Positions 62,959 through 64,000 of a stretch of 64,000 bases of DNA are shown piece after piece. Source of the DNA: Octopus sinensis (taxonomy: Eukaryota); the NCBI RefSeq assembly GCF_006345805.1, contig NC_043000.1:88474001-88538000 (forward strand), in the 5' to 3' direction. Every line of letters begins with the position of its first letter. Position 1 is the first letter of the stretch. The translations under genes were made by a program, and so were the position numbers. The notes beneath the pieces are model-generated. The model searched no databases, was not told the DNA's origin, and saw only the letters and a program-made list of their open reading frames with translations.

Positions 62959-64000
62959 TATATATATGATATATACATATACACATGTTTAGATGCGTGT
63001 GAGTGTGTATTTGTGTATGTTTGTGTGTATTTATGTACGTATTCTTCATACTATGCTTCATGGGGTTTTTGAATTATTTGAAAAAAGAGGTATCTTTATC
63101 AATAGACATAAATATTTAGCTTTATTTTGGAAAGTAAAGATTTGCCGTGTTTATTATCATATATAATATTTATTATAAAGCTATACCCTACATTTCAATG
63201 TATGCATCTGTGACTTGTATGTAGATCTCTTGTACGTCTGTGCGTATGTAAGACTCGAGAGTAGGAATTTTATTCGGGTTCTGGAGACAGCACGTTGTTG
63301 CTGTATATCGTAGATATGTAAAGCATATCGTTCCAGTGGAATTCGGAGTCGTTGTATAGTTTTACAAAATGAAATAGTAAACCTGTACAGATTGAAATAT
63401 TGTAAGAAAAATAAATATTTTAGTACAGTGCTCAACTTTTCTATACCAATATTCGTATAACTATTATTGGGACCATTTGAATTTAACCATTAACAAAGTA
63501 TAATTTTTTCATAAAATGTGTAGTTAGCAATGAGTTGTTCGAAAAAGTCCCTTTCATATTATATCATTCATATCCAGCCGTTAATTTTACTTGTTAATAA
63601 AGAATATAGTTTAATCTTATACTTTCATTTCCAACACATTAGCTAGAAAAGACCATTAGCTTATCAGCAAAGCCACAAAGTCTCTAGCATTTATTAATAA
63701 TTTATATTCTCTCAAATAACTATCACGTGTTTTTAGTTTTTGAAGAAGCTTGGCATTTTGAATGAAATTTCGAAATTATTTCTGCGATGATGAAGCTGCC
63801 TTAAGAAAAACATCTGGCGCCAAATATATCTACTTTTGTATAACAGGACTGAATTACATTTGGTTTGTAAATTTAGTTATATATATATATGATATATATT
63901 ATCTGTGTAACAGTAGGTCTACTACTATGAAATATTTAGATTTTTAGTAGTAATAATAATGTTTATAATACAAGTATACGGCTACAAATTTTGAGAAAAT

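Overview
AT-rich, microsatellite-saturated eukaryotic DNA with no confidently callable host gene. The SINE families, (TAA)n/(TATC)n/(AT)n tracts and transposon mix look like an octopus (coleoid cephalopod) genome; this is pattern recognition, not a database result. Nearly all listed ORFs are microsatellite artefacts or broken transposon reading frames. Recognisable content: (1) a near full-length, frameshifted Tx1/L1-clade LINE (33.75-39.9 kb) inside a (TATC)n tract; (2) seven co-oriented R4/Dong-like LINE pieces with restriction-like endonuclease motifs, mostly bounded by (TAA)n, at 45-62.6 kb, one split by a complete mariner; (3) Tc1/mariner relics (DD34D, DD37D-like, an internally deleted 500-bp copy), a hAT-like relic, and CR1-, RTE- and L1-type fragments; (4) many tRNA-derived SINEs, one in a near-identical ~500-bp triplication; (5) Penelope-like relics with type I minimal hammerhead ribozyme motifs. 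The best lead is a hammerhead with an intact catalytic core at 26436-26510, in a 532-bp-period partial tandem repeat next to a 241-bp fold-back and a perfect 62-bp palindrome. Several other hammerhead-like motifs share a CCGA(U/C)GA core variant. All folds and alignments were done by eye and boundaries are approximate unless TIRs or TSDs are quoted.
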